A stretch of 64,000 bases of DNA from an uncultured Methanosarcinaceae archaeon (GTDB lineage Archaea > Halobacteriota > Methanosarcinia > Methanosarcinales > Methanosarcinaceae). The notes under the pieces were generated by a model. The model was not told where the DNA came from, did no database searches, and saw only the letters and a program-made list of their open reading frames with translations. This document shows positions 10,034 through 20,944 of the stretch, piece by piece (position 1 is the stretch's first letter; every line of letters starts with the position of its first letter). The stretch lies in assembly GCA_963727895.1 (NCBI GenBank), contig CAVSHT010000011.1, positions 286,299 through 350,298 on the forward strand, in the 5' to 3' direction. The position numbers and the translations under genes are program-made.

Positions 10034-11500
10034 TTGCCTAATTTTTCAAAAGATGCGGATAGCAATCTTAAAAGTACAGTCAAACCCAGATACCTTGTTC
10101 TGGGCAGTGGAAGTGTCGGTTTTGCGCTTGCAAAAGAGCTCAGGGAAAGCAATAAGCTCGTAATTATTGTAGATAAAGACGAAGCTAAGGTTGAGACTCT
10201 TAGAGAAGAAGGCTTTGAAGCAATTGTAGGTGACATCTCCGATCCTGAGCTCGTCAATAAGATTGACCTTAAAAACGTTGTTGTCATACTTTTCCTTACT
10301 TCCAATAACGAGGCTAACAGGAAGGGCATTGAAAATTTCAAAAAGGCAATTAACCCTGATGTTCAGCTCTTTTCCCGGGCTTCAGACATTATCAATAAGG
10401 AAAAAATGGAAGATCTTGGGGCAGATTATGTCTTTATGCCTTCCAAGCTTGTTGCAAGTTCCCTTTCCCGTTCCCTTGAGAGAGCTGAGTCAGTTCACAG
10501 GGGCAACAGGCTTGCGCGGTGGCTGAAGGGAATAAGGGATAAAAAACTTGCTATTGTAATTCACGATAACCCTGATCCGGATGCCATTTCTAGTGGGCTG
10601 GCCCTAAAAGAGATTGCAAAGAACATCGGGGTTGAAGCAAACATCCTTTACCACGGCAGAATCGGGCATCAGGAAAATAAAGCCTTTGTAAACCTACTCG
10701 GAATTGACCTCGGGAAGATGGAAGAATACGACCTCAAAGACTTCGATGAAATCGCTCTGATTGACTGTTCGATTCCCGGAGTTAACAACATGGTTCCCCC
10801 CAACTCGTATGTGGGTGTTGTAATTGACCATCATCCTACCGGAGATACTGAGATAAAGGCTGAGTATATAGACATTAGGCCTAACTTTGGAGCAACGGCT
10901 ACTATAATGACAAAGTATCTGCAGCAGCTCAATATAAATATCTCCAAGACGCTGGCAACGGCTCTGCTCTATGGAATCCGGACTGATACCCAGGATTTCA
11001 AGCGGAAGACTGACCCCGCAGATCTTTCAGCTGCTTCGTACCTTTATCCTCTTTCGAACCACGGAATCCTGGATCAGCTTGAGCAGCCTTCAATGGCCAT
11101 CGAAACTCTTGAAGTACTCGGGGAAGCTATCAGGAACCGGCAGGTGCTAGGAAGTTACCTTCTCTCGAATGTTGGGAACATAAGAGATAGAGATACGCTT
11201 CCGCAAGCTGCGGATTACCTGTTGAGCCTTGAAGGGATCTCTACAACCGTGGTTTTTGGGGTTACTGATGATCGTATATATATTTCCGGCCGAAGTAATG
11301 ATATAAGAATTAACCTTGGAGAAATTATGCGCCAGGCTTTCGGTGAAGATGCAGGTGGACACGCAAACGCAGCAGGAGCTCAAATTCCTCTTGGAGTTTT
11401 CAGTGCTACAAAAGATCGGCAGACATTACTAAGGCTGGTTAATGAAGCAGTAGTAAAAAGGTTTCTGAGTGCTGTAGGAGTCGAAAGTGCTGGAGAATGA
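10034..11500 (+). CDS. DHH-family phosphoesterase with N-terminal TrkA-N (RCK) domain
   Basis: GSGSVG Rossmann motif; HDNPDPD, IDHH and GGH motifs. Confidence 0.9.
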   Translation: MPNFSKDADSNLKSTVKPRYLVLGSGSVGFALAKELRESNKLVIIVDKDEAKVETLREEGFEAIVGDISDPELVNKIDLKNVVVILFLTSNNEANRKGIENFKKAINPDVQLFSRASDIINKEKMEDLGADYVFMPSKLVASSLSRSLERAESVHRGNRLARWLKGIRDKKLAIVIHDNPDPDAISSGLALKEIAKNIGVEANILYHGRIGHQENKAFVNLLGIDLGKMEEYDLKDFDEIALIDCSIPGVNNMVPPNSYVGVVIDHHPTGDTEIKAEYIDIRPNFGATATIMTKYLQQLNINISKTLATALLYGIRTDTQDFKRKTDPADLSAASYLYPLSNHGILDQLEQPSMAIETLEVLGEAIRNRQVLGSYLLSNVGNIRDRDTLPQAADYLLSLEGISTTVVFGVTDDRIYISGRSNDIRINLGEIMRQAFGEDAGGHANAAGAQIPLGVFSATKDRQTLLRLVNEAVVKRFLSAVGVESAGE

Positions 11501-11589
11501 GGCTTCATTTCGACTCTAAATATACGTCTAAAATTTCTACCTAATGATTTTGAATGAAATCTTTTTGAAATATTATACAAAAGAACATA

Positions 11590-11690
11590 ACAGAGTTAAA
11601 ATAATAGAAAATACAGAATCGAATAAAAATAATAAGAAAACAGAATAGAGTAAAAAATAAGAAAACAGAATAGAGTAAAGATAAGAGAAA
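11590..11690. repeat. Degenerate A-rich tandem repeat (about 25 bp) between convergent genes
   Basis: AATAAGAAAACAGAATAGAGTAAA in two exact copies plus degenerate copies. Confidence 0.6.
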
Positions 11691-11782
11691 AAAGTGTTTT
11701 TCTCCTCTCACTTTTCTAAAGCTTTCAATTTTCTAGGCATCTAGTTTCTTTTTGATGCTTTGAATATCTGATTTCGAAAGTG

Positions 11783-14275
11783 TTACTTTGCTTTCGGAAT
11801 TTTTACCTCTACACTGTTTCCATTTTCAATATCTTTTTCTGTTACCTGTATTCCTGAAATTGTGACATTTTTATCTGTTTTCAGGGTATAAGCTAACAGA
11901 GCATTGACTCCACCTGCTGTATTTTCGGTCGAATAGGGTACAGTTATTTCAAATGAGCCGTTCTTGTCTGATACTGCTTCATTCTGATATGTAAATTTTC
12001 GGCCTGCGTTGGAGCTCAGTTCAAGGGTAGCAGTAATGTTCTGTCCTGGAGATGTAGTACCTGAAAGCTTGGCTCCGGAAACAAACTCGAATACCTTTAC
12101 GCCGTCACTGTCATTATCTTCTTCTTCAGATACATTACTTTCATGAACAAGCCTCAGGTTTCCAAGGTTTGATCCATCAAGTCGATAAAGTTTGTATATC
12201 TCGGTATTTATGAATGCCTTTTTAGCAGTTGCAACGGTCGAAAAGCTGCCATTCTCATTAACTGTTTGAATGTTTAAATATTGACTTATGTTTTTGCCTG
12301 CAAGTGTAACAATAGAACTAAACTTGCCGGTTGCCATCTGTTTGTCAGCGATTACATACTTTACCTTGAGCTTTTTCATAATCTCATTTGCTTGTTTCTC
12401 CGAGTCAGTCAGGAAGAAAAGTGAAGAATCCTGTATGCCTGTCTGGAAATTGTTTGAAACCGCAGGTCTTTTGGCCGTATATACAATCCAATTTCCGTAA
12501 TCCCACCAGCTCAAAACCCCATATTCAGGAGTTTTGGAAGGGTTATCATAATAAGAAGTTTTAGGGCTTGAAGATTCAAGCCAGGTAAGAGAGTCCTTCC
12601 ATGAAGGATCAATAAAGCCGCCATTATCTGCAAGAGCAAGTCCTATCCATGCACAGGGTACAAACACAAACCCTAGCAGTATAATGGATGAAATAATTTT
12701 GAAGTAATCGGGTTGAGAATTCTTTTTTGAGCTTGATAAATTATTAGTTTTCATCTTTGATTTTGTTTTTGACTTTGTTTCCTTTCCGGTCTTAATTTCA
12801 TGGATAGAGTTGTTTCCTATTGGTTTGGATTTTAATAATTTCTTTACTTCAGTTTCAAAGTCTAAAGACTCAAATAAAACCCATAAGAAGTATGCACTAA
12901 GGATTGAAATGTTTACTGCAAACAGATATGTAAAACGCCTTTGGTTAAATGCTAAATATGCAAAGAATATTGACCACAAAAGGAAAAATACCCCTTCAGA
13001 CTTTGATTTTTCTCTTTTCCATTCAAGGCACAGAAGGAAAAAGCCTCCTAAAGTGGTAATGAGACAAAGTCCTAGACTTCCTATTACTGGCGAAAGGGAA
13101 AAACCGCCCTGTTCATCTAAAAATAGGGGTAGAGCTTCGGTAATTGTGCCTAAGTATTCACCTATTCCCAGGAAGTATTCTATTCCCTGAATTATGAAAT
13201 TATAAGTTTCGACGGAAAAAATTCTGAGGGACAGAAGTCCAGCTACAGAAATCAGTATTAAAGCAGCTGGATAATATTTCCAGTCTAGATCTTTTTTCAA
13301 GATATATGAAGAAAAACCCCAGAGAATTAAGGTTCCTGCTAGCATAGCAAATACATAGAATACCTGGAACCATGAAAGGTACATTGCACTCATTTCTAGT
13401 CTAGGACGTACGGACATAGCTGATAGAGGAATGGTAAAGAGAAGCGTTACAAGTATGCTTGTAACAGCGCAGATCAGATGATAGTCAGATTTTTTCCCAG
13501 CTTTAAGGTCTATTATGGTCTGTATGAATTCATAAAGTACAATGAAGCTCACAAAAATCGGAGCTCCAATCCATGTATAAATCATGAGTGCAAAGAAAAA
13601 GCCGGATGCTCCTGCGAAAACTAATGGTTTTATAAGCTTCTTTTCAGAAGAAATATTTCGAAGAGAGTTAAGAGAAAGGGACTCTTCTCTAGCCCATTTT
13701 AAGGCAAGTATGAAGAGCGCATAAGCTGAGGTTGAGAGAAGAGTCTCTGCTACGTGGTGGTCAGTTGCCCCAAACTGGGATATATATATGTGCCCTGGAA
13801 TAACTGCAAAAATGAAAGCTGCAAGAAGTGCATTTTTTCTGTTAAATACCGAGGAAGCTGCAACATACAAAGGAATTACTGTCAGTACTCCAAGAATTAC
13901 AGGTAACAAAGCTCCTGCAAATTCAATTGTATGAACAGTCGGATGTCCTCCTCCCATGATGTTTGCAAGTAGTCCACCTAACAGATCGAAAAAAGGTGGC
14001 CACCCTATTTGATATCCTTGGGGATAATTAATGTAAGAATCAAAATTCAGAGTATGAGGAAAATTATAAGCTGTATATAAAATGCGTCGCATGTGATAGA
14101 AGCTATCGTATCCAATGAAGTTTATGTTTCCATTTGCCGTAACCGAGGAATATGACAGCATACGCATGAGAAAAGCAACTATTACAGCTATGGTCAGAGC
14201 AATAGTACTGAATTTTGAATTATGAGCGGGTCGTTTTGCCACCGGACATCCCATGCCTTTGTTCGTTGTAACCAT
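11783..14275 (-). CDS. aglB: Oligosaccharyltransferase AglB (STT3 family)
   Basis: GYDSFYH, DHHVAE, TITEA, WWDYG, NNFQ and DKQM motifs; multi-TM N-terminal half; start at MVTTNK inferred. Confidence 0.95.
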   Translation of the reverse strand: MVTTNKGMGCPVAKRPAHNSKFSTIALTIAVIVAFLMRMLSYSSVTANGNINFIGYDSFYHMRRILYTAYNFPHTLNFDSYINYPQGYQIGWPPFFDLLGGLLANIMGGGHPTVHTIEFAGALLPVILGVLTVIPLYVAASSVFNRKNALLAAFIFAVIPGHIYISQFGATDHHVAETLLSTSAYALFILALKWAREESLSLNSLRNISSEKKLIKPLVFAGASGFFFALMIYTWIGAPIFVSFIVLYEFIQTIIDLKAGKKSDYHLICAVTSILVTLLFTIPLSAMSVRPRLEMSAMYLSWFQVFYVFAMLAGTLILWGFSSYILKKDLDWKYYPAALILISVAGLLSLRIFSVETYNFIIQGIEYFLGIGEYLGTITEALPLFLDEQGGFSLSPVIGSLGLCLITTLGGFFLLCLEWKREKSKSEGVFFLLWSIFFAYLAFNQRRFTYLFAVNISILSAYFLWVLFESLDFETEVKKLLKSKPIGNNSIHEIKTGKETKSKTKSKMKTNNLSSSKKNSQPDYFKIISSIILLGFVFVPCAWIGLALADNGGFIDPSWKDSLTWLESSSPKTSYYDNPSKTPEYGVLSWWDYGNWIVYTAKRPAVSNNFQTGIQDSSLFFLTDSEKQANEIMKKLKVKYVIADKQMATGKFSSIVTLAGKNISQYLNIQTVNENGSFSTVATAKKAFINTEIYKLYRLDGSNLGNLRLVHESNVSEEEDNDSDGVKVFEFVSGAKLSGTTSPGQNITATLELSSNAGRKFTYQNEAVSDKNGSFEITVPYSTENTAGGVNALLAYTLKTDKNVTISGIQVTEKDIENGNSVEVKIPKAK

Positions 14276-14882
14276 CTCTTTTAGTTTTTTCATCCATTTG
14301 AATACTCCACTTTTGAGTAAATGGTCTTTGATATTGTTCAAATTAATTTAATAATTTTCAAGTTTTTTAATCCAACTAAGATGGTGGGTACTTCTGATTC
14401 TTACCTCATCTAGCAAGTATTATATATAACTCTCCTAATGTTGGTATGAATTTTCAATGCTTATAACCGTTGAGCTTATAACCGTTGAAATTATTGAATT
14501 CTTGAATTTATGGAGAAGGCTTATTGTTAGTTATGGAAAATTTGTTTACTTAGGTGAGACATGTTATTACTAGGAAAATGGTTGATAGTATCAATGAGCC
14601 AATTCTTCTCACTAATTTAAGCCCTAATGCTATTATTAAAGCTCTGAAGCTATTAATAAAAATATCCAATCCCAGTATAAAATCTTTTAAAAATTATAGT
14701 ATCATCAATAAAAATTTTTGATATTCTTGGTAAATATTTGATACTACTAGTATTAAGAATCTATCATAGTCTCGCAAATTAGAAAAATCATGTAAGTATC
14801 ATTTCTTACTCCCTTACTATACTGGATTTGTTTTTAGTTGCTTCTTAAATCCGTTAATACCCATAAAACAAGTGAGAGTTCG

Positions 14883-15981
14883 ATGAAAATAGCTATATTT
14901 CATGATTATTTCGGAGCAATTGGCGGTGGAGAAAAACTCGTGCTCATGCTCGCAAAGCACTTCAATGCCGATGTTATCACTACTGACTTAAATGCGGAAT
15001 CCATAAAAAAAATGGGTTACCCGGATATTCGCATAATCAGCCTGGGAAATACCCCAAAAGTACCTCCTTTAAAACAAATTTCTGCATCTTATCACTTTGC
15101 AGTCTGTGATTTTTCAAAGGAATATGATTTCTTCATATTTTCAGGTAATTGGGCATATTTTGCAGCAAAGAAACATAAACCCAACCTTTATTACTGCCAT
15201 ACTCCTACGCGGGCTTTCTATGATCTTTACGATACCTTTCATCAATAGACAGTCTTTCTTTATTTCGATCTTTTTCCGGATCTGGGTCAGTCTTCATAGA
15301 CCAGTTTCCGAATATTATTTTTCCCACGTCTGTAAAATTGCAACTAATTCACAGAATACATTAACGAGAATAAAAAAATACTTTAACAGGGATGCTGAAG
15401 TTATATATCCTCCTGTAGAAACTTCAAAATTTACGTGTAAAGAATATGGAGATTTCTGGCTTTCAGTAAATCGCCTTTATCCTGAAAAGAGAGTAGAAAT
15501 CCAGATTGAAGCATTCAAAAAAATGCCTGAGGAAAAGCTTGTTATTATTGGAGGATATTCAGAAGGAGATCATGCAAAAAGTTACGCAAAAAATATTGTT
15601 GACAATTTACCGGAAAACGTAAAGATTCTAGGAGAAGTTTCTGAACCTGAATTACTTGATTTTTATTCCCGCTGTAGAGGTTTTATTTGCACTGCTATGG
15701 ATGAAGATTTCGGAATGACGCCGGTGGAAGCTATGGCAAGTGGAAAACCTGTAGTAGCTGTAAACGAAGGCGGGTTTAAGGAAACAATAATTGACGGAAA
15801 AACAGGCATGCTTGTAGAAACTGATATTCAAGATATCGTAAGGGCAGTAAAAGTTATTTCGAAGAATCCATCGAGGTATGGAAGTGAATGTCTTAAGAGA
15901 GCAGCTATGTTTGATATCTCTAATTTTGAAAATGCTATGAAAAAAAGTATTTCTCATGAAAACTGGCCGAAAGATATGTAA
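14883..15981 (+). pseudogene. GT4 glycosyltransferase split by one +1 frameshift at about 15240
   Basis: MKIAIFHDY...GGGEK, YCHTP in the first frame; [17 protein letters not shown] in the second; may be a sequencing error. Confidence 0.85.
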
Positions 15982-16077
15982 ATTGGTCTAATAATAATTA
16001 ATTTTGAAAGCATAAGTCTTTTACCAAATTGAATGAATTTCCTTCCATTTTGGCAAGTAGCAATAGGAGATATTAAT

Positions 16078-16845
16078 TTGAATATAGGTTTAATTCTCGA
16101 ATTAGCAAAAAGGGATATTACTGAAAAATATTCTGGATCTACTTTAGGAGCTTTGTGGAACTTCATTTATCCACTTGTAGATATTTTTATCTTTACTGTT
16201 ATATTTGGTAATCTTATGGGATCGCGTTTACCAGGTTCTTCTTCGGTCTTCGCATATGGATTCTATCTTACTTCTGGCGTAATTGCATGGAATGCTTTTT
16301 CGAATACTGTCACAAGGACATCTAGTGTTTTTTTAGACAAGAAATATATCATATCTAAAGTTAAGGTTGATCTTTCTTCATTTCCTCTCTATATTGCTGT
16401 TTCGGAGAGTATTACTTATGTTGTGACAATGGGAATATTTCTGTTCTTACTTCTAATCAGTGGTTATGGAGTAAGCCGTGCAATTCTATTCGTTCCATTT
16501 ATATATATTGTCCAGCAGATCTTCGCTTATTCCATTGGATTTTTTGTTGGAGTATTTGTTGTCTTCGTAAGGGACTTAAAAGAAATTATAGGAATTATGT
16601 TTAAGATCTGGTTTTGGTTTACTCCAATCGTGTATCTTTATAATGTACTTCCAGATTTTGTAAAAAAGCTTATGGTTTATAACCCTGCGTTTTCATTCAT
16701 TCACTTATATCAAACTATATTTATATACAAAGAAATCCCGAGCTTAAAGCCTATTTTATGTCTGCTCTTGTTAAGTTTTGTAATTCTATTCTTTGCAGAG
16801 ATTGCCTTCAAAAAACTAGAAAAAGATATTCGAGATTTCATATAA
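16078..16845 (+). CDS. wzm: Polysaccharide ABC exporter permease
   Basis: RDITEKYSGSTLGALW, RDL, FWFTPIVY, NP motifs; TTG start after AGGAGA. Confidence 0.9.
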   Translation: MNIGLILELAKRDITEKYSGSTLGALWNFIYPLVDIFIFTVIFGNLMGSRLPGSSSVFAYGFYLTSGVIAWNAFSNTVTRTSSVFLDKKYIISKVKVDLSSFPLYIAVSESITYVVTMGIFLFLLLISGYGVSRAILFVPFIYIVQQIFAYSIGFFVGVFVVFVRDLKEIIGIMFKIWFWFTPIVYLYNVLPDFVKKLMVYNPAFSFIHLYQTIFIYKEIPSLKPILCLLLLSFVILFFAEIAFKKLEKDIRDFI

Positions 16846-16870
16846 TTAAACTCACAAGTTGTGACTCAAT

Positions 16871-18058
16871 ATGATCAAAGTATCAGGTGTTTCAAAAAAG
16901 TTCAAGTTGTATCATACACCCACTGACAGATTAAAAGAGAAAATCTTAAGGAAAAAATATCACCGAGAGGTCACTGCATTAGATAATATCTCCTTTGAAG
17001 TGAATGAAGGACATACTCTCGGAATTGTAGGACAGAACGGAGCGGGAAAATCCACTATATTAAAGGTACTTTCAGGTGTCATGCTTCCGGATACGGGCTT
17101 GATCGAAGTGGATGGAAAAATAACTGGTTTACTTGAATTAGGAACAGGTTTTGATCAAGAGCTTACAGGGCTTGAAAATATATTCATGAATGGGACATTT
17201 CTAGGAATGGATAAAAACGAAATCGAAAAGAAAAAAGAAGAAATTATTGATTTCACAGAGCTTGGGGATTTTATTTACGACCCGATAAAAACATACTCAT
17301 CGGGTATGCTAATGAGACTTGCTTTCTCAATAGCAATGCATGCAGAACCAAAGTGCTTTTTAGTTGATGAAGCTCTCTCTGTAGGGGATGCATATTTTCA
17401 GCAAAAATGCATGAGAAAAATTCTGGAATTCAAAAACAATGGTGGATCCATTATTTTTGTATCTCATGATATGAATGCTGTGAAGACTATATGTGACTCA
17501 GCAATATTGTTAGACCATGGTCATATAATTAAATCTGGTGACCCAAAAAATATAATTGATTATTATCATGGAATGATTTTGCAAAAATCACATATGGGAG
17601 ACGCAGAAGTAAAATTATATGACATTGAAAACGTGAACAATTTTACAGGTCTTAAAAATCCAAATGTCTCAACAGGGGAAGTTGAACTTCTTTCTTTTAA
17701 AGTTCTGAATTCACTAAATGAAGAAATATTACATATTGAAAGTGAACAGGTAATTAAAGTCATATATCAAGTCAAAGCCTTAAAAGAATTATCTGATCCT
17801 CACTTTGGTCTTCACGTTAGAAACAATCTGGGTGTATCGGTATTTGAAACAAATACATATTGCAGTGGCATTAAAACTTTTACTCTAAAAAAAGGACAGA
17901 TTGCAGAATTAATCTGGGAATTCTTTTTTCCACTTTCAGCAGGAGATTATTCATTCTCTGTTGGTGTGGCAAATAAAGGATACGGAAAAGATGCTTTTGA
18001 AGAATATTTGCTCATGGCTCACGATGTAGAGGTTTTAAAAGTAATTCCTAATGAGTAG
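16871..18058 (+). CDS. wzt: Polysaccharide ABC exporter ATPase with C-terminal Wzt-C domain; last residues probably frameshifted
   Basis: GQNGAGKST, YSSGM, DEALSVGD, VSHD; after TAG at 18056 the +1 frame continues SAIIYSGVFNMKPKIKI...TAA (about 18134). Confidence 0.9.
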   Translation: MIKVSGVSKKFKLYHTPTDRLKEKILRKKYHREVTALDNISFEVNEGHTLGIVGQNGAGKSTILKVLSGVMLPDTGLIEVDGKITGLLELGTGFDQELTGLENIFMNGTFLGMDKNEIEKKKEEIIDFTELGDFIYDPIKTYSSGMLMRLAFSIAMHAEPKCFLVDEALSVGDAYFQQKCMRKILEFKNNGGSIIFVSHDMNAVKTICDSAILLDHGHIIKSGDPKNIIDYYHGMILQKSHMGDAEVKLYDIENVNNFTGLKNPNVSTGEVELLSFKVLNSLNEEILHIESEQVIKVIYQVKALKELSDPHFGLHVRNNLGVSVFETNTYCSGIKTFTLKKGQIAELIWEFFFPLSAGDYSFSVGVANKGYGKDAFEEYLLMAHDVEVLKVIPNE

Positions 18059-18360
18059 TGCAATTATCTATTCTGGAGTTTTCAATATGAAACCAAAAAT
18101 AAAAATTCAAGAAGGATGCTGCAAAGAAGTATAAGCTTATTCTAAAAAGAGATATGAGCTTATTCGGAAAGAACTATAGTGTTTTTGATTAAATTATCAT
18201 TTTTCTGTTGAAACATGCCGAAAATGAACATGTTTTAAGGGATAATAAAAGACTTAGATAATTAGACGTAGTTTCGGTTAAAGGACTTTATGTCATAATA
18301 AATCATATACTCTGGAAATTGATTCATTTTACGATAATCAAGTTCATTGAGGAATATAAA

Positions 18361-19719
18361 TTGGATACACTAGAAATTAAAGATGAAGAGGTAAATGTCG
18401 AGAAGATCATGGAAAAAATCCGTGAGAATATAGAGAGGAGGAAAGAAGAGGGCATATATACAGAAAATGAACCGGAAATAATGAGTGAAACATTTTCTGC
18501 AGCTTCTCCTGTCAATAGGGATATTCCTGAAGGTCTCGAATTTATAAATTATTGTGACATTTGTAATGATAGTTATACAATAAGTTCTCATCGTCCAATT
18601 ATGGGGAAATTTCTTGTAGAAGGACGGAAAATTGTTCACGGAGAACTCCGAGATACGTTGATCCAGTGTTTCAAAAACAAAGAGATTTTAATTTTGGCGT
18701 TGTTGACGTGGTTAAACATTTAAAAATTGAATCTCAATACTTAAAAACTGATGTTGAACATTTGAGCACTGATTTTGAACGTCTAAGCACTGATGCTAAG
18801 CAGTTTAAAAACTGGTTTTGAGTATTTGAAAACAGATGCTGGACATTTAAAAACTGAGCGTTGAATCTTTAAAATTAGATTCCTTCCCAAAATATAAAAT
18901 CTGAAGTTAATAATTTTATTTCTGCAATCGATTTGGATCTGGACAACAAAGGTTGGCTTAACAGTGTACTTGAGAATCGTTTAAAAGAAAACTTGCAAAA
19001 TCATAAGGTACAGAAATCTGAAGACAACGAAGCCTGAAATAAATTATTATGTATTTGAAGAACATTTCAGAGGGTCAAGGGATCATATCCAACTGCATCA
19101 AAGGGTGTTTTTAGACTACTTCACGGATTGTAAAAGTGTGTTGGATATCGGTTGTGGAAGAGGGGAATTCCTGGAACTAGCCAGGCAGAACAATATTGTT
19201 GCAAAGGGAATAGATATTAATGAAGATATGGTTAGTTTCTGCAAAGCTAAAAGTTTTGATGTAGAGTTAAAAGATGCAATTGAAACCCTTGAAAGTTTGG
19301 AAGACAAAAGCCTTGATGGAATTTTCATCAGTCAGGTAGTTGAGCATCTAGCTCCCGATTATCTAATCAAAATGCTAAACCTTTGCAATAAAAAACTCAA
19401 GTATGGTTTTTATTTGATAGCAGAAACTGTGAATCCTCTGTCGCTCTTTTCGTTTGCCAATTTTTACATCGATCTTACTCATATAAAACCAGTACACCCT
19501 GAGACACTCAAGTTTTTATTAAGTGCAGTCAATTTCCGTGATATTGAAACAAAATTTATTTCTCCGGTTCCGGACAGCATGAAATTAAAAAAGTTGCCAG
19601 ACGTTGGTGATCTGAAAGGCAGAGATAAAGTTATGTTTGAAACTTATAACCATAATATAGATATGTTAAACAACACTTTATACGGACCGCAGGATTATGC
19701 AGTCATCGGTAAAAAATAA
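18361..19719 (+). pseudogene. Coiled-coil plus class I SAM methyltransferase, about 5 frameshifts in 18650-19035
   Basis: Fragments join as MDTLEIKDEEVNVEKIM...RYVDPVFQKQRDFN...heptads...YYVFEEHFRGS...VLDIGCGRGEFL...QVVEHL...D.TH..P.HPETL. Confidence 0.8.
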
Positions 19720-19774
19720 GCACTTGATGTTTGAATTACTATAATTTTTGTGTGCGGGACCGGGATAAATTAGT

Positions 19775-20944
19775 ATGAAACTAGCGTTTGTAACTCCTTG
19801 GTACGGGAACATTCCTGGTGGAGCAGAAAGTGAATGTCGAAGGACAGTTGAAAACCTGCAAAAACACGGCGTTGAAGTTGAAATACTTACCACCTGTGTT
19901 AAAGAATTCTTGAGTGATTGGAGTACTGATTTTTATCAAGAAGGCGTTTATAATCTAAATGGAATAAGTATACGCAGATTTCCAGTCCGGAAAAGGGATA
20001 CCACTCGTTTTGATAAAATAAACTACAAGCTTATACGTGGGCTTAAGATCTCTTCAGAGGAAGAGAAGACTTTTATGCGGGAAATGGTGAACAGTCCTGG
20101 CCTTTATTCTTATATTGATGAACACGGCGAAGATTACGATTACTTTTTATTTATTCCATATATGTTCGGTACAACTTACTATGGATCTTGTATACACCCT
20201 GAAAAATCAGTTCTAATTCCATGTCTTCATGATGAAAGCTATGCTTACCTGGATATTTATAAGCCAATGTTTGAAAATGTCAAAGGTATTATTTTTCATG
20301 CATCTCCTGAAAAAATATTGGCGAATAATCTTTATAACCTAAATAACAGGCAGATTGTCTTAGGAGAGGGAATTGATATGGGTTTTGAGTTAAACCCAGA
20401 TAGATTCAGGGAAAAATACGGGATAAAAACTGATTTTATTCTTTATGCAGGCAGGAAGGAAGCCGGGAAAAATGTTCCTCTTCTCATCGATTTTTTTTGC
20501 AGATATAAAAAGAATAGAGAGAATGAATTGAAGCTTGTTCTTATTGGTAGTGGAACAATAGAAATCCCCTCTAAAAATAAAAATGATATTATCGATCTGG
20601 GTTTTGTACCACTTCAGGATAAGTATGACGCATATGCGGCAGCTACTTTTTTGTGTCAGCCTTCTTTGAATGAAAGTTTTTCTATTGTGATCATGGAGTC
20701 ATGGTTATGCAAATCTCCTGTACTGGTACATGGGGATTGCGCTGTAACTAAAGACCACTGCATCAAATGTAATGGTGGACTTTATTTTAATGATTACTAT
20801 GAATTTGAAGGGTGCTTAGATTTCTATCTGGAAAACCCTGCCATCAGAAAGATTATGGCCGCAAATGGGATGTCTTACGTTATTGAAAACTTTAGCTGGG
20901 ATAAAATTGTAGAAAAATATATTGAATTCTTAAGGAGCCTTTGA
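19775..20944 (+). CDS. GT4 glycosyltransferase
   Basis: GGAE, PCLHDE, ESFSIVIMESW motifs. Confidence 0.9.
   Translation: MKLAFVTPWYGNIPGGAESECRRTVENLQKHGVEVEILTTCVKEFLSDWSTDFYQEGVYNLNGISIRRFPVRKRDTTRFDKINYKLIRGLKISSEEEKTFMREMVNSPGLYSYIDEHGEDYDYFLFIPYMFGTTYYGSCIHPEKSVLIPCLHDESYAYLDIYKPMFENVKGIIFHASPEKILANNLYNLNNRQIVLGEGIDMGFELNPDRFREKYGIKTDFILYAGRKEAGKNVPLLIDFFCRYKKNRENELKLVLIGSGTIEIPSKNKNDIIDLGFVPLQDKYDAYAAATFLCQPSLNESFSIVIMESWLCKSPVLVHGDCAVTKDHCIKCNGGLYFNDYYEFEGCLDFYLENPAIRKIMAANGMSYVIENFSWDKIVEKYIEFLRSL

Noticed and set aside
14459..14488. 15-bp tandem duplication GCTTATAACCGTTGA upstream of aglB
   Set aside because: Most simply a slippage duplication like others in the window; no evidence of function
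18056..18145. Pyrrolysine read-through of the wzt TAG
   Set aside because: The +1 frame (SAIIYSGVFNMKP) fits a Wzt C-terminus better than the read-through peptide
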